From NCBI GenBank assembly GCA_004022145.1, contig RCNU01000001.1: a DNA stretch of 64,000 nt. One strand, 5' to 3'. Position numbers and translations under genes: made by a program. The notes beneath the pieces were generated by a model that did not search any database, had not been told where the DNA came from, and saw only the letters and a list, made by a program, of their open reading frames with translations. Position 1 is the stretch's first letter, and every line of letters begins with the position of its first letter. Shown in pieces: positions 37,805 to 51,091 of the stretch. This DNA is from Paecilomyces variotii (taxonomy: Eukaryota).

Positions 37805-40800
37805 TGTTGCTTCGGCTCACACAGCCTTCGGAACCCAACGATATGAGCAGTTGCAAAGATGACACGAATGGCAGGGTCGGAAATCCTGAGGGGGAGAGGA
37901 AAGCAAAGAAGAGCAAGCTGGAGGGGGGGAGGGGAGGGTTCTATTTAATATCGAGCGGACTGCAGCTGTCTGCACTTGGCAGCAATTGGGGGGACTAAGC
38001 CGCATCAGGTCCGTCGCCCCGTTGCGCCCGTGAACAGCCAGTGACAAGTCCGTCACATTTTTCTTGCTCTTTTTTTTTTTTTTTTACCTTTCCCTTTTTT
38101 TTCCCTTCATCGCTGCTCTGGACTGCCTGCTGCTTCTGGGGCGGGAATGCATGGGCTCACACTAGCTTACTGTCCAAGCTGGGCCGGCATCGCGGTGCCG
38201 AGTTGCGCCGCTCCCCGTCCGGGGGTTGTGGGTTGTGTGTGTGTGTGTGGACTGTGGGTGGACTAGTTCGTACTGGACTGTTGTTTGTCTGTCTGTCTGT
38301 GTCTTCAATAATACACAACTTCTGTTCCTGGACCCGCCTTGGATGCGCGATTTTTCTTTTCTCCGAGCGATTGGCGGGTCATCGCTAGAATCCTCCAGAG
38401 TAACCCAATCCGGCCGCTGCGACGCCCAGAAGCCAATTTCCCTGATGTCCTCCCGCCGTCCTAGCCGGGTCAGCTTCACCATCATCTTCACTGTTACCAG
38501 CACGAGCAGAATCCACGCAAGGGGGGAATTGGCAATAATGGCAGCAACTCTGTTCCCGGCCAGCAACCCGTCATTCTCTCTCTTCCCCCCATAACAACCA
38601 ATTCCTGCCATCACATCATAACAAACAACAATAATAATAACAACAATAACAAACCACCATCCCCAATGCAGTTCTCTCCCATCTATCTCCCTCGTCCAGA
38701 ATCAGATCGCCCTACTCTACCTCCATCTGCGACGATCCCTACGGGCCCTCTCCCCACGGGACGTCATCGAATGGCCTGCACGCAGCAAGCAGCATCCCGG
38801 CTTCGGTCAGCGTCGGCAAATCAGCATCCACACCCACTTCGCCTCCCCCCGCCAATAATCAGGGAGCAGCCGCCTATACCAGCCTGTGAGAAGGCCTGTT
38901 GCGGCATTTTACTCCATCGTCGCTCTTCTTACTTGTTCTGATCGTTCGATCCGCCTCGCCTAGCTGGATTTAGCCTGGATTGTCCCATCCTATCCGATGG
39001 ATAATAATAATATGATGGTGCTATGGTACTATGGTACTACTCCCTCCGTAGCGTACTAACTGACTGCGTATACTTCATACTCTTTCTCTTACCTACTCCT
39101 GATTTATTATGATTATGATTATTATTACTAGCAGTAGATACACATAAATTACCTACTCTACTCTACTCTACAGGAAGAAGAAACAGTTAATCATGACATA
39201 TGATCTGTCTGACTCTGCACGGATAACTACTACTATCTCCCTAAATCTCTCGTAGCATGAAACTGTCGCCCTGGCCGCGTCTATCCTCGCCCCTCCCTTT
39301 TTCGCCATTGCAACCCGCAACGACGGTGGTTTCTTTTCCCTTCTTTTCTTTCCATAATAATAATCATAAGCAGCAGACAGGGGAAAAAGGAACATCCGTC
39401 ATAGTGACTCGACCATTGATTTGCACTGCTGCGGTTATTATAACTTATTACGGTATCTTACTACTCCTGCTGATCGAAGAGCGATGATGACCTACGTTCT
39501 ACGATAGATATCTAGTTACAAGTCACAATCGATTCGATTCTCTCCATCCTGGGGTAAGGTAAGACACGGCCAGCCCTTGCAGCGTTGCGCACCAGCCATC
39601 GCGGGGAAAGAGAGGAAAGAGAAATCATAATAATGCAAACCATCATAAACAAGCACAGTCAAACTGACTCAAGCACCATCGATCGTAATAATAATTACTC
39701 TAGACTCTAGATAGAGTAAACGCAATCCCCCACGATTCACTTGTTTCGCTTCACTTTTCTGCTGCTCACGCGGGGGACTCCATATAACTAATTGCGGAGT
39801 GCCATATTACCCAAGAAGAGCATCCGACATTCCGACTCGAGAGTATTAGTAGTATACCTACTTGATACTGATGGACTATAATATTAAATAATACGGAGTA
39901 TACACACACCGCAAGGCCTTCTAGGCATGGTCAACTCTCTTGATCTTTCCCACCTCGACTGACTTGCCCTCAAATAATAATGAACGCGGCCTCTATCGGC
40001 CCAGCCGGTTCCATCCAGGCCCCGGCTTTGCTGTTTTCGGCCGTGGCGCGCTCCACCGGCCGATCACCGCGCACGGCGACTGGCTCGCCCAGTCAACGCC
40101 CTGCCGTTTCGAAACCTCCACGGCGGATCCGCGGTGTTCGGCCTCCCGACAATAATAGATAGTAATTTATTATCTAACGCGAGCCGTGCACGGCATGGCC
40201 ATACCATACCCTGGTCGTTTCTGTCAATCGAGTTGTTAGGTAGGTTAGTAGTTATCATCAAAGTGACAAGTGGGTGATGATACGAGTAATTCCGGGGATT
40301 CTCGTTGTCTTCTTCTTACTCGTATTATTATTATGATTATTTGCTAGCGTCGGCCAAGACAAAACACCAGTACGTATTACTTACCCATACCTCCTCCTCC
40401 TCCTCTCGCTCCTGGTATCTTTGATTCCCGAGTTGTTCCCTAAAATAGACTCGAGGACACAAGCCGTTGACGTTTTCACTGTTTCGGCCTTTGTTCCTTT
40501 CTCTCTCTCTCCTCCTTTCATTTTTTTTCCCTCTCTCTTTCCTTGATCCGTCCGGATACACTCTGTGGTTCGGGAAATAATCATATGTTCGTGTCTGAAA
40601 CTTGAATGAAAAAAAAAACTGGCTCTCTCTCTCTCCACCGGGAAGAAGAGCCATGGGAAGGTCGACTGGATTGGGAACAGTGGCCGCGGATAGCAATTGA
40701 GTCCCAATAGCACGGTTCTCATTGGTCTGTCGGGGGATGTCCGATAGGAGCTCCGTCGAGCTCCAATTAGTTGAAGGATTAATTCATTAATTTGTCTTTA

Positions 40801-41045
40801 ATTACCTAGGTATTTAGTTAGTAGAGTATGGCTGCTCTCTGTGATCTGTAACTTAAGTTACTCCGTGATCGCGTGCTTTTATCTAGACTAGAACTAGCTC
40901 CTGTATAATCATCGTTGATACTCTTCTTGTACGACGTGAATCTCCAGCACAGGCACCACGGTAGGCAGTTTCTGGGAATTCCTCACGTGGCACGGCTAGC
41001 ACCGTCGGTTACCCCCTGGTGGATTCGCCTTCACCACCGGCAGCC

Positions 41046-41063
41046 ACACACACACACACACAC
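41046..41063 (+). repeat. (CA)9 microsatellite
   Basis: Seen directly. Confidence 0.85.
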
Positions 41064-43848
41064 GAGTAATTAATATCATAAATATCATAAATTAATCAAA
41101 TTATGTCGATATATATATATCAAAATCATCCCCCCCGTCGAAAAGATACGTGATCGGTTGCCACTTGGCGCGCGCTGCACACCCGGTGGTGGCAAGTGGG
41201 CTCCCAGTCCGAGCCGGATCCTCGTCCGGCTGGTCATCGTGCGTGCTGACGACCCAATTCTGGCGGTGAGCTTTTCCACTCCAGAGCGTTAATCGCTCAG
41301 CCCTACTTCTGGCCGGTTGTTCGCTCGGCCTTCCAGAAGCTCTGGGGATTTCGGATTCGTTTTTCTCCTCCAACGGCTTCCCCGGGGAGGGGTTTTCCAA
41401 ATTCCCTCTGACGAGAACGAGAACGAGAACTGTACCATACGTATATTATGCATTACGTTCAGTCAAGTTACTACATACTACTACTACTACTCGACATCTG
41501 CTGCTCTGACAGCTATCTAGTCTAGCCTAGTCCAGTAATCTACCCGGAGTACCATAGCAGTGCTGAAGTCTGGAGTCGGCCTGAAGATTATTATTTTGCC
41601 ATCGCGTCCCCCCGCTCTCTCTCTGTCTTCATCGTTATCATCTTACTACTACATAGGAATAGCTGCGTTACGTCTGGGGAGGCGTCTTGCCGATCCCCAT
41701 CGCGTTGCCGCTATCAAAGCGACGCCTCAAGTGTGATGCAGATGCTCAGACGTGTCACTACGACCCTGCGCCATCCAACGGGGATCGTGCCCATCTCAGC
41801 GCTGTATGACCGTGCCTTCGTGCAGTTAGTTAGTTAGTTGGTTAGTTAAACTGCGCGACTTTTTTTTTTTTTTTTTCTTCTTTTCTGCTTGGTTCGTCTT
41901 CTCTCGTCAGTAGTAGTAGTAGTAGTCCATGCCACCATCACTACTACTACTACGGGGGAAAAGAAAAGAGACCCCTCCAGATCTACACTTGCGAGGCGGT
42001 TAGCCTCAAGTAGTACAGTATACTACTAAGTAGTCACTACTCTCCCACTTTCGCCCATCTCCACAGGAACCAACACATTGCGCATCCATCGAACGTCCAT
42101 CGAAGCCCCGAACGGGCTTTAGTCTGTGTTCATGCCCGTCGACGGTCGGGTTGTGGGCGCAAATCCACGGTCGGTCTCCATCGGTTCCTGTCGCGATCTT
42201 GGTCTGGCTCTTCGCCCTGGTAATAATACTAATCATCTAGCGAGTCGCGACCGGCAGACGCCGCACGGCTGCTGCTGCCGGGGACGATCCCCTTCTGCTG
42301 GACCGCGGACCGAGCCCGACGACGGGCGACGGGGACCTGGATTGCATCTAACTATGGTACGGCCTGTGAAAAATTCCTTTTCGTTTTCTCATCTATGTAC
42401 TACTATTATTATTATTATTATGATTATTTTTTTTTTCTCTTTTTTTTTTTTTCTTCGTGGCGACCACGGTTGCCAAGACCACGTTTCTCCCGAAAATTGC
42501 CTATGAGGAGGAATGGGAATTCCCGAATAATATTATGAATGCCGGCAAAATGAAACTGGTCCAGGATATCTAGGGTAAGGTAGATAAGCTAATGCAATAA
42601 TAATTCCCCGTTGATGAAGCGTGACATAGCTCCCGATCCCGTTAACCTGTCAGTATTACTATTACTATTATCGCTGTTGTGTTGTGCGTCCATAGGGCAA
42701 GCAGCGAACCCGGCCGTTACCATAGAGCACATAGTTACTATACTATACTATCTACTACAGTTTTATTATTATTATTATTACATGCTGTCACCATTAGTTA
42801 ACGTCGAGGCAATTTTTCTCCTCGGACGCCTCCTGCATGGATCTAGAATAATATTAATTAATTACCTGCTCTATCATACCCCGTCCATCGGCAGTTTCGG
42901 GACCGATCACGACCATGTTTCTCGAAAAGAGTCGAATCGCCATACTCGCAGCCCATGCCGAACGTTCCGGGCAGAGTGCGGCAAGTGGGATGGGGAATGC
43001 CTCAAGGCTCAAGCGGACCAGACAAGAAAGCCAGAACACAAAAAGAAGGCGAGCGAAACGACCTCAAAACGTGCCCCACCAACAAACCGGGTAGCGATAG
43101 CGAGTAATATTATGGGTAACATATTCGCATATTCCCGCGGCTCGGGATGGATCATTGATTTAAGAGAAAAAATAATCAATGCGCGATAGTTAACTGGTTT
43201 ACGTTTTTTTCCCTATCTATCGACCTATCTGATTGATTCCCTTTAAGGCCAATTCGGTAATTACCTAACGGGCAGGGCGATTGCGGCGACATCGGCCTCG
43301 GTCGCCGATCACCAATCAATCAATCGATCGATCAAGTTTCGTTCTTGCTTGGTTGCTTGGTTGCTTGGTTGCTTTCATTTTTGCCTGAAAAAGAAAAAAG
43401 AGGTGTTTTGTTCTGTTCTTCTTTTTCCGGGAGTAATTTCCGAAGGAAAGCAGAGCGCGCATATACGGTAAATAACTACCTGCAGAATTGCGATTAATCT
43501 CTCTCGCAGAAACCCCTCTAGAAGAAAGCAAGAAATAAAGAAAGAAAGAGAAAGAACCAGACATGCGCCTAAATCATACAGTAGTAGAACTCTGATCTGA
43601 GACATCCTCGATAACTAACGTAAACCTCACTCGGGAGGGGGGAGGCTCCATAGTACTCTAATGCTAAATTTCCATTATTCCCCAGACTTGCCCACCCACT
43701 CTGCTGCTGTCTGTCTGGGAGATCTCACTCCGAGACGGACCCCCATCTCACTCTAGGAGAAAGGTCTACGGCAAACAAAGCTGGAAACGTCCCGTAGATA
43801 GATAGAGTAGATACTAGACCGGGTCCAGAAATTGGGGAAACCCACGTC

Positions 43849-46761
43849 CTTGGCGTGAAATGATCATCAGATCTACATCTTGGGAGCATACGTTCATATC
43901 ACTCTAGTTTCGCTGAGCCTCCCTGCCCGACGTGTTCGTGTTGCGCCGAGAAACTGGCATGGCCATCAGACTGAGGTAGTTACTCATGGCCGTGTGACTG
44001 ACTTGCAGCAATAATAATAATACTCCATAGTGCATATGCCCAGAAGTTAGAAGTCAGATCATCTTCTTGGCTGTTTCTTGGCCGTGTCGATTATTTATTT
44101 CTTATTGCATGAATTACGGAGTAATGCGCCGCAGATCATCGTTTCCTTGGCATTTCTGTTACTATTGATATCTTCCTCTTGCATGTGGTATATGGTACCG
44201 TATGATCATTCACGATGGTACTCCGTATGTTAGTTGGTTAGTCAATAATTTAGGAGGATGTATCCTAATCTGGAACCCTGTGGCCAGCTACTGCATTGAA
44301 ATTGATATTATTATTCTGCTTCAAACGTGCCAAGTTTCCTTTCTCCACAAGAATGAATTGTCTACCGCAACAAATATATACCACACACACATATACCCCC
44401 CACCCCCCTTACTGCTTATTACTAGATATATGCATGCATACTCCGTACACATGCGGAAATTAAAATCTATGTTTCTGAGGTTCCTGTTTGTTTTGATTTA
44501 TATATTTCCGGCTACATGTAGGAAATAGAGTTGATTCAGAACCATGGTACGGTGTGTCAATAGTTAGCTAGATAGATAGATAGAAAGTAGTTACAGACCC
44601 TCGGGGTTTACCAATCTAGTGGTTATTGGAATTGGCATTCGAATCGGCCTTGCGTGACAATATGACATATGTCTATTATTCATACGTTTAGTTAACTATT
44701 AGTTATCACAGGTATCTGCTGATTATTATGATCCACATAAATCTGGATCTTGGCCCTCTTAAGTGCTAAGAGAAACGCCCAGATCGGTAGATAGCTAGAT
44801 AGATTGGAAGATCATTACTGCCGAGACTGGACTCCGACCATCTGGCATTTCTCTCTTCCCCGGACTGGACTGGACTGGACTGGACTAGTCAGCTGGCTGG
44901 TTGGTTGGCTAACTAAGTTAGTGATTAGTTTAGCGAATCCCCGCCCCCTTTTTTCAATCTGACGCTGTTGCCTTCTTTTTGCTTTTTTCTGGCTACGTAA
45001 TAATGGACTCGGGTAGGAATAACTAACTAGATGGTGATTAATGGATTTCTTTTTTTTGAGTGTGCGTGTTTATCTTTTTCCTACTTTGTTCGCTTGTTCG
45101 ACTTCGTTTCTCCGCGTTTATGACATCAGATTATTAGTTGGAGGTGCTGCTGTCTTGTGATTCTCGGCGCATAAAAGGGGAATGAATGAATGTGTTGTCG
45201 GAATGGATGCCAAGCTGTACATCACACACTCTCTGCCCAAGAATTGGTATACCACCCCTTTTCTTGTCGTCTCGAGGATGATGTTCTCAAACTTGAAGGA
45301 AACTGCTTGGCTGCTTGGCAGGTATTATCCTTATGGACTTGGATGCTATGCCAATCCATTATTATTGCGGCATAATTAATCGTCATGGGACGTGAAACCA
45401 AAGCGTCAGTGGTTGTTGGCTTGAGCTTAACTACTAAGTAACAAACTAGAGTAAACTATCTACATCTGACGTGAAGAGCTGGGGTAGATAGATAGCTCTC
45501 TGACTATCTAACTATTATTACTCAGACCGTAGACGCCATGGATAATGAAACGTGAACTACTCCGTAATAACGAATCCCTCGATTGTGTTTCGACAACGTT
45601 CAAACTTCAGGGTGATTGCGATACGATCATATCGGCCCGCGTCAAAGATGGCTCGTTTCATCTGAAGATGGATACCTTATCCGGAGATAATAACCTTAAC
45701 TGGGTAGACGATCCAAGCATTCTTAACAACCCTGCCATTATCTAACTATCGTCAATGTTGCATAAGAGGTAATTCTCTACGAGAATGGCCGGTTTCAAGT
45801 CGTCTAGTATTATTGTTGTTGTTATTGGGGGTCCTTGCGATCTCTGTCAAAATCTTGGATCTCGATTGATCGCCCTGACAGAGCGCTTAGGTGGTTTCAT
45901 GGCTTCGAATATTATTATCGTCGCACTGAACCTGATGACTTCCGATATGGCCGTGATCACGCCTTCGACTGGACTATCTTGGTTAACGGCTCCGCTGGAC
46001 ATGGACGTGTCAATTGATTGCGTGGTTAGACTCTTTTTTTCCTCTGCCCTTCCTGCGTTATCTTCGGATCTTCTACCTCGCATTCTGATTCCGGGCAAAG
46101 TTGGACGCGACGCGACGTAAAAGGAGCAAGCGCACTCTAGCGCATTAATTAAATCAGTTCATCCAGGCCCCATCGTCGCCTATTACCTAGTTAGTTAGTG
46201 TTGTTGACTAACTAGCGTTGATTACCTTAGTACCATAAACCTGTACTGTACCTGCAGAGCTAGCCTGCGCGCGCGGATTTAGTCTTGTCCACCCAGTGGC
46301 AAACAAACGCGGTACCTGCGTCTGTCCCATAATAGACTATATAGAATAAGGATTAACCTGACATAGCTCAACCGCGCACCCAGCCCAACGATTGGCGATG
46401 TATCTTTTTTTCAGCCAAGAACTTAGTTAGTCTATGGTAGAGTCCTGCATATCGGAGGGGTCCCTCCCCACAACAGCAGCAGAACTTCTCTCTCTCTCAT
46501 CGGACGACTCTCAAAAAGGGTTACTTCATCAAATAGTTCCTGGGCTAGCGTCCATCGTTACCGAGTTGGCCAAGGGATTTGCGTACCTGACTAGACCTGC
46601 GGGAGGATTAGTCTATCGTACTAGAGACTTGGTGTTGCTGGCTAGCTACCTTAGTGACGTCCACTAGTCGGTTAGCTCAGCGATGGGCACGATCCACGGT
46701 ATCTCCTCCAGGCACTTTTTTTTCGCAACGGTCTAGTCGGGAATGCCAGTGCTGGCTTGGC
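43849..46761. promoter_or_regulatory. Cluster of 12 PacC/Rim101-type GCCAAG sites in the long region upstream of PMA1
   Basis: GCCAAG/CTTGGC at 43849, 44066, 44077, 44146, 44329, 44749, 45209, 45306, 45314, 46414, 46569, 46756; GCCARG is the established PacC consensus. Confidence 0.5.
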
Positions 46762-49700
46762 GGTGCATTAAGCAAGAAAGCAGCAAGCAGCATTGAAGGG
46801 ATGCTCGACGCGATATGCTTGGACTGGAATCGTCGTTATGCGGCGGCGGTGGTTATCGTTGTTGTTTTGAGCTTGCGTACATTGAGCTGGGGATGTGGTT
46901 TTCGGAAAGCGATGGAACAGCAGAGCGGGATTGACGTACTTGCTGGGCCTTCAGGGGGGACTGAACGTAACCCTCGTGCCGTGCGTGGTGTGATTGGGCG
47001 TTTCGTTGGATGTACTGGATGGGTGGTAAACAAAGGTAGTGGGAGGTATGAATTGGGTATGAGTATTGTAGATAGCGATGGTTTAATTATTCGGGATCGA
47101 AAAAAGCCATGGCAGTTTTCCTGGTTCAGGATGATTTATTGTTGTCGCTGTTATGTTCGTTTTGTGATTGTAGGTGGTGGTGGTGAGTTGCAACTATATA
47201 AATGCGCATTGGATATGTAGATATATATTGTTGTCGAGCATAGTCCATATGACCTTCAATATGACATCCGGACGCACTGAAATACACTTAAAAGGTACGA
47301 CCGATATGCCAAATGAAACCAAAGACGAAGGTTAGAATACAGCATCATGCTTTGATGTCTAACAGGCTGTTCGTTGTATGTACAAATTCGAAACCGAAAG
47401 GTAAACAAACGCCCTACATCGCAACTTTCCATGGAGACACTATCCAATAAGGCGGCAAAATAAATCAAGGAATTCAAGTTCATATACTTCGATGTATTGT
47501 CTCTGTTCTTATTTCTATATTCATGTCGTGAACATTCGTTACTGATTGCAATTCGTCTGCGAACTTGATGCTGTCGCTACGCCTTAAACACGTCGAATTT
47601 CTTCCTCCAGCGGGCCAGCATACAATGAAATGCGAGACCAGCTCAGAAACCTATGCCAGCGTCAGACCAAACCCCTACAAACTGCGCTCTACAATTCCAC
47701 AAAGCAAAAGGATCTCGACTGTACCAGCTTGGATGTCGCGTCTAAATCTATAACGACAAGATATGCCCCTCGCCTTATCTCTCTATCGTCTATCGTCCAT
47801 CCACTTCGCCGTGGCCAGCATCGGCGGCCGATAAGTTGCCTCCCCTCATTCATCCATTAGTTAAGCTTTCTATCGCGATGAATACTACTTACGGTTCTGC
47901 AAAGTTAAACCTCTCTTTCTCGGGAGGCTCCAACTATACTCTGCCGTAAAGACACTAGATATTTTCCTCTCTCTTCACGACTCTCTCTTTCACTGAGGGG
48001 AAGGGCGCTTGGGTCCTCGCGATAACGAGGTTGCCCCTCAGCCGGACTTCTCCAAGTCAGGCGAGATGGCTCGAAATCAAGATCACCGCGATACAGCATG
48101 CTAACTTTGCTAGATCTGGGGCGACGTGCTTGCTAAAGCTATCGACGCAGGAACGGAGCACGCAGCTACGCTACGCTTGCTACCGCGAACCCGATCTGCC
48201 GCGTCTGAGATCATTATCCTGTTTTCGCTGGACTGCTGCTGCTTGACGACGCATGACTCTGTGCCGTCTCGCTCACAGCGCGTGGTGATCGAATATCTAT
48301 CTAATTAATTATTGATCGCGTTCGCGTTCGCACCTGCAGGACAAGCTTCCCTCGCCTGCTCCAATGACTGCACGCCACACCGTCTAGTCAGGAACACAAC
48401 CAGTGTTGAGCTCTCAAGTCGATCTCCTCAGTCTTCTAGCAGGTGGGACGACGGACTACTCGCCCCGAACGCGTATTATTTATCCAGAGCAGTTTTCTCT
48501 TGATCGAAAAGACCTTCCTCTACGGGTTGGGAACCGGCCTCGGGGCGTCGAGAATTGAGTTTGGTACCTGCGACCCTCTCATCAGTCGTTAATAATTGGT
48601 CTCCGGTGATTCCGCGTAGTAGCGGCTCACGAACCTATCCTCTGCTAAATGCCGCCTTTTTTCCTTTAGCCTGAGTCTCATTGACGCCAGCATAGTGAGG
48701 CCGCCTATCTTCTAAGTTCTGCTGCTCCGTTTGCGTGTCCTCATAATTCTGTTGAGTTCTGGACCGCGGGACGTCGGCTTGTGTCTGCGCCAGGTGACGT
48801 TATTTCTCGCTCTCTGTGCCACGCAGGCCTCATTAATTAAGATTATTATTCTATTATTATTATCATTGTTTACTTATTGCCGTTATTGTCGTGTCTGATG
48901 TTGATTGTACCGGGGACCATACGGTGGGATAACGTTTCAGCCGTGGATGGAATTAACTTACTCTCGGGTAGTTTCGAGACTTCGTCCACGATAATCTTAC
49001 AGCTCGCACGGATCCGATTTCTCAATGTGCTGTCACGAGGGCCAACTCAGACGTTCAGGCCGCGCGCCGTCGTATTCAAGCCATAGCTACGGTGTCGAGC
49101 TGGCCGCTCGAGAAAGCAGACAACACTCGGGCCTCTGTCGTAACTCGAAAACGACGAATAACCGTCCAACTGCTGCAATGAACGACTGAATCGCCTTCGT
49201 ATACGTCCTGCAAAATGTCTCGTCGGCTCCGTGCCTGCCATATACCTGTGTAATGCAATCGGGACTGGTAACCATGCCAAATCCGTGGTGCTATCGCGCT
49301 GGTAGACCGTAGAGCTAGCTAGGCTTCTAATGTGCATCCAAATCTCTTACTATACGAAGCCGATGACATCTATACGATATTCCGTAAAAATAGCCAAGAA
49401 ATCCAATCTTTTAAGGGCATCCGGGTGTCTAGTAAAGCTCAATCCTGCCGTGCTTCTGTGATTGGCCTGGTTATAATTCTACGTATATGCCTATATCGCA
49501 CTCGAGACTGCAGCCGCATACAGAAATGCAGCCTGTCAGTTGACACTCATCAATAACCAATTCCTGTACAACGCATTTCCTCCATTGGACTACAAAGCTC
49601 CCATCTTGAAATCCACAACTCTCAGCTTCTGGGCTTGGCTGACAGACAGAGCTGCACACAACGTCGTACCTCCACCATACCACACCAGGCAACCAACCTG

Positions 49701-50020
49701 CAGAGTACATTCTCCCCCAGGGAAAGACGAATAAGTGGCACAATTTACGTCTGCCCAGAAAACAGAAACATTCAAACCTTGTACAGTACATACACTTCTC
49801 CAGTCTTGGCTTGGGGAGGCAGGAATGGAAGAAACGGTCCTGGTAACACAAAGCAAAAGCTAATTGATCGGTAGCAATTACTCCAACCTTACCCTTGTTC
49901 CATGCCTGTGGAAAGCTAGAATACATACCACGAAATATGGCAGCCCAGCCCTGGAGGCCAAGAAACTCAAGTAGATCATGAGATCAGAAAGGAGGGGAAA
50001 ACGCCGAGTGTCGCATCACG

Positions 50021-50045
50021 CATACATACATACATACATACATAC
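50021..50045 (+). repeat. (CATA)6 microsatellite
   Basis: Seen directly. Confidence 0.85.
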
Positions 50046-51060
50046 GTAGTGCACGTTTGCGTAGTAGTGTATGGTATATGTAGCACAACAAAATACCTTC
50101 CCAAGGTATGATTTCCTCGCCAAGTCTCCCACAAATGTCATGCGGTATGTTATTGTTAACGAATATAGCTTTTCTTGCCGTTCGTCCAGTCAAGGTAATA
50201 AGTTCAGTTTATAAATAGGGTAATACTTACTAACCTAACACAGTTTCATCCCACACAAGGAAAGAAAGGGTGAAATGCGGCATGCTGTCGCTCAAAAGAC
50301 CGACATTCCAGAATCTACATACAATGATGGGACAATCGATAACCTAATCATGGACATAAAAGAAAGATTGAGCCGAAGCCAGGCGTCAGTCACATCACTA
50401 TCGAGCACGTGCGGAGAACTGTTCCGGATATCTCTCTACTTGAAATATGCGGGTGTTCTGTAGCGAGGAATGTAGGAGTTTCCAAGACGACGGAGAAAGC
50501 ATGGTGTTGAGGAATCTTACGGTTGGCTGATTGATTGCTTCCCTGAATGGATGTGGAGGTGATAGTCTGATCTGGAAGAAAAAGGATGGGTTCGAGGATG
50601 TTTCCTTTTTCTACCCCAGATATCTGTTTTAGCTTTTCGTCCCGATGGACTGGAATTTGTTATCATGACGACACCTATAGTTATACTATGCGTAGTGTGT
50701 AGTTGATGTATGTTAGTTATCTGAGTATGGTGACCAAGGCGCTTTTCTTTCTAATTTAACTGCCAAATATGGAATTGGACGGCTGGTAGCATCTATTCCT
50801 GACATCGTGTTCCTTTATATAAATACAACAAAAGCCAGATGTCAGAGAACTCATGATCAGTAGTAAAAGATACTGTACTGCAATTGTAAAGCAACATATG
50901 CAAGCTACGTCTTGAGATAAACTTCTCATAGATGAATGTTACGTTTATTTTCAAGTTGAATCAACCCTTGTGTCGGCGTACAAAGCGAACGCCAGGTGAT
51001 CTGTCAATAATCCGTTTGCGGCAGATTCTTTGAATCCTGTTTATAGGATAGAACCCACTG

Positions 51061-51091
51061 GATTACTACTAGATTACTAGATTACTAGGAT
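51061..51091 (+). repeat. (GATTACTA)n short tandem repeat
   Basis: gattactactagattactagattactag seen directly. Confidence 0.7.

Noticed and set aside
39037-39049. TACTCCCTCCGT resembling a plant Stowaway MITE terminus
   Set aside because: No matching inverted end found at a plausible distance; probably a variant of the TACTCCGTA motif.
42611-43189. 192-aa ORF with a signal-peptide-like start in the gene-free region
   Set aside because: TTG start; the Leu and Tyr runs come from (TTA)/(TAT) microsatellites; no coding-like composition.
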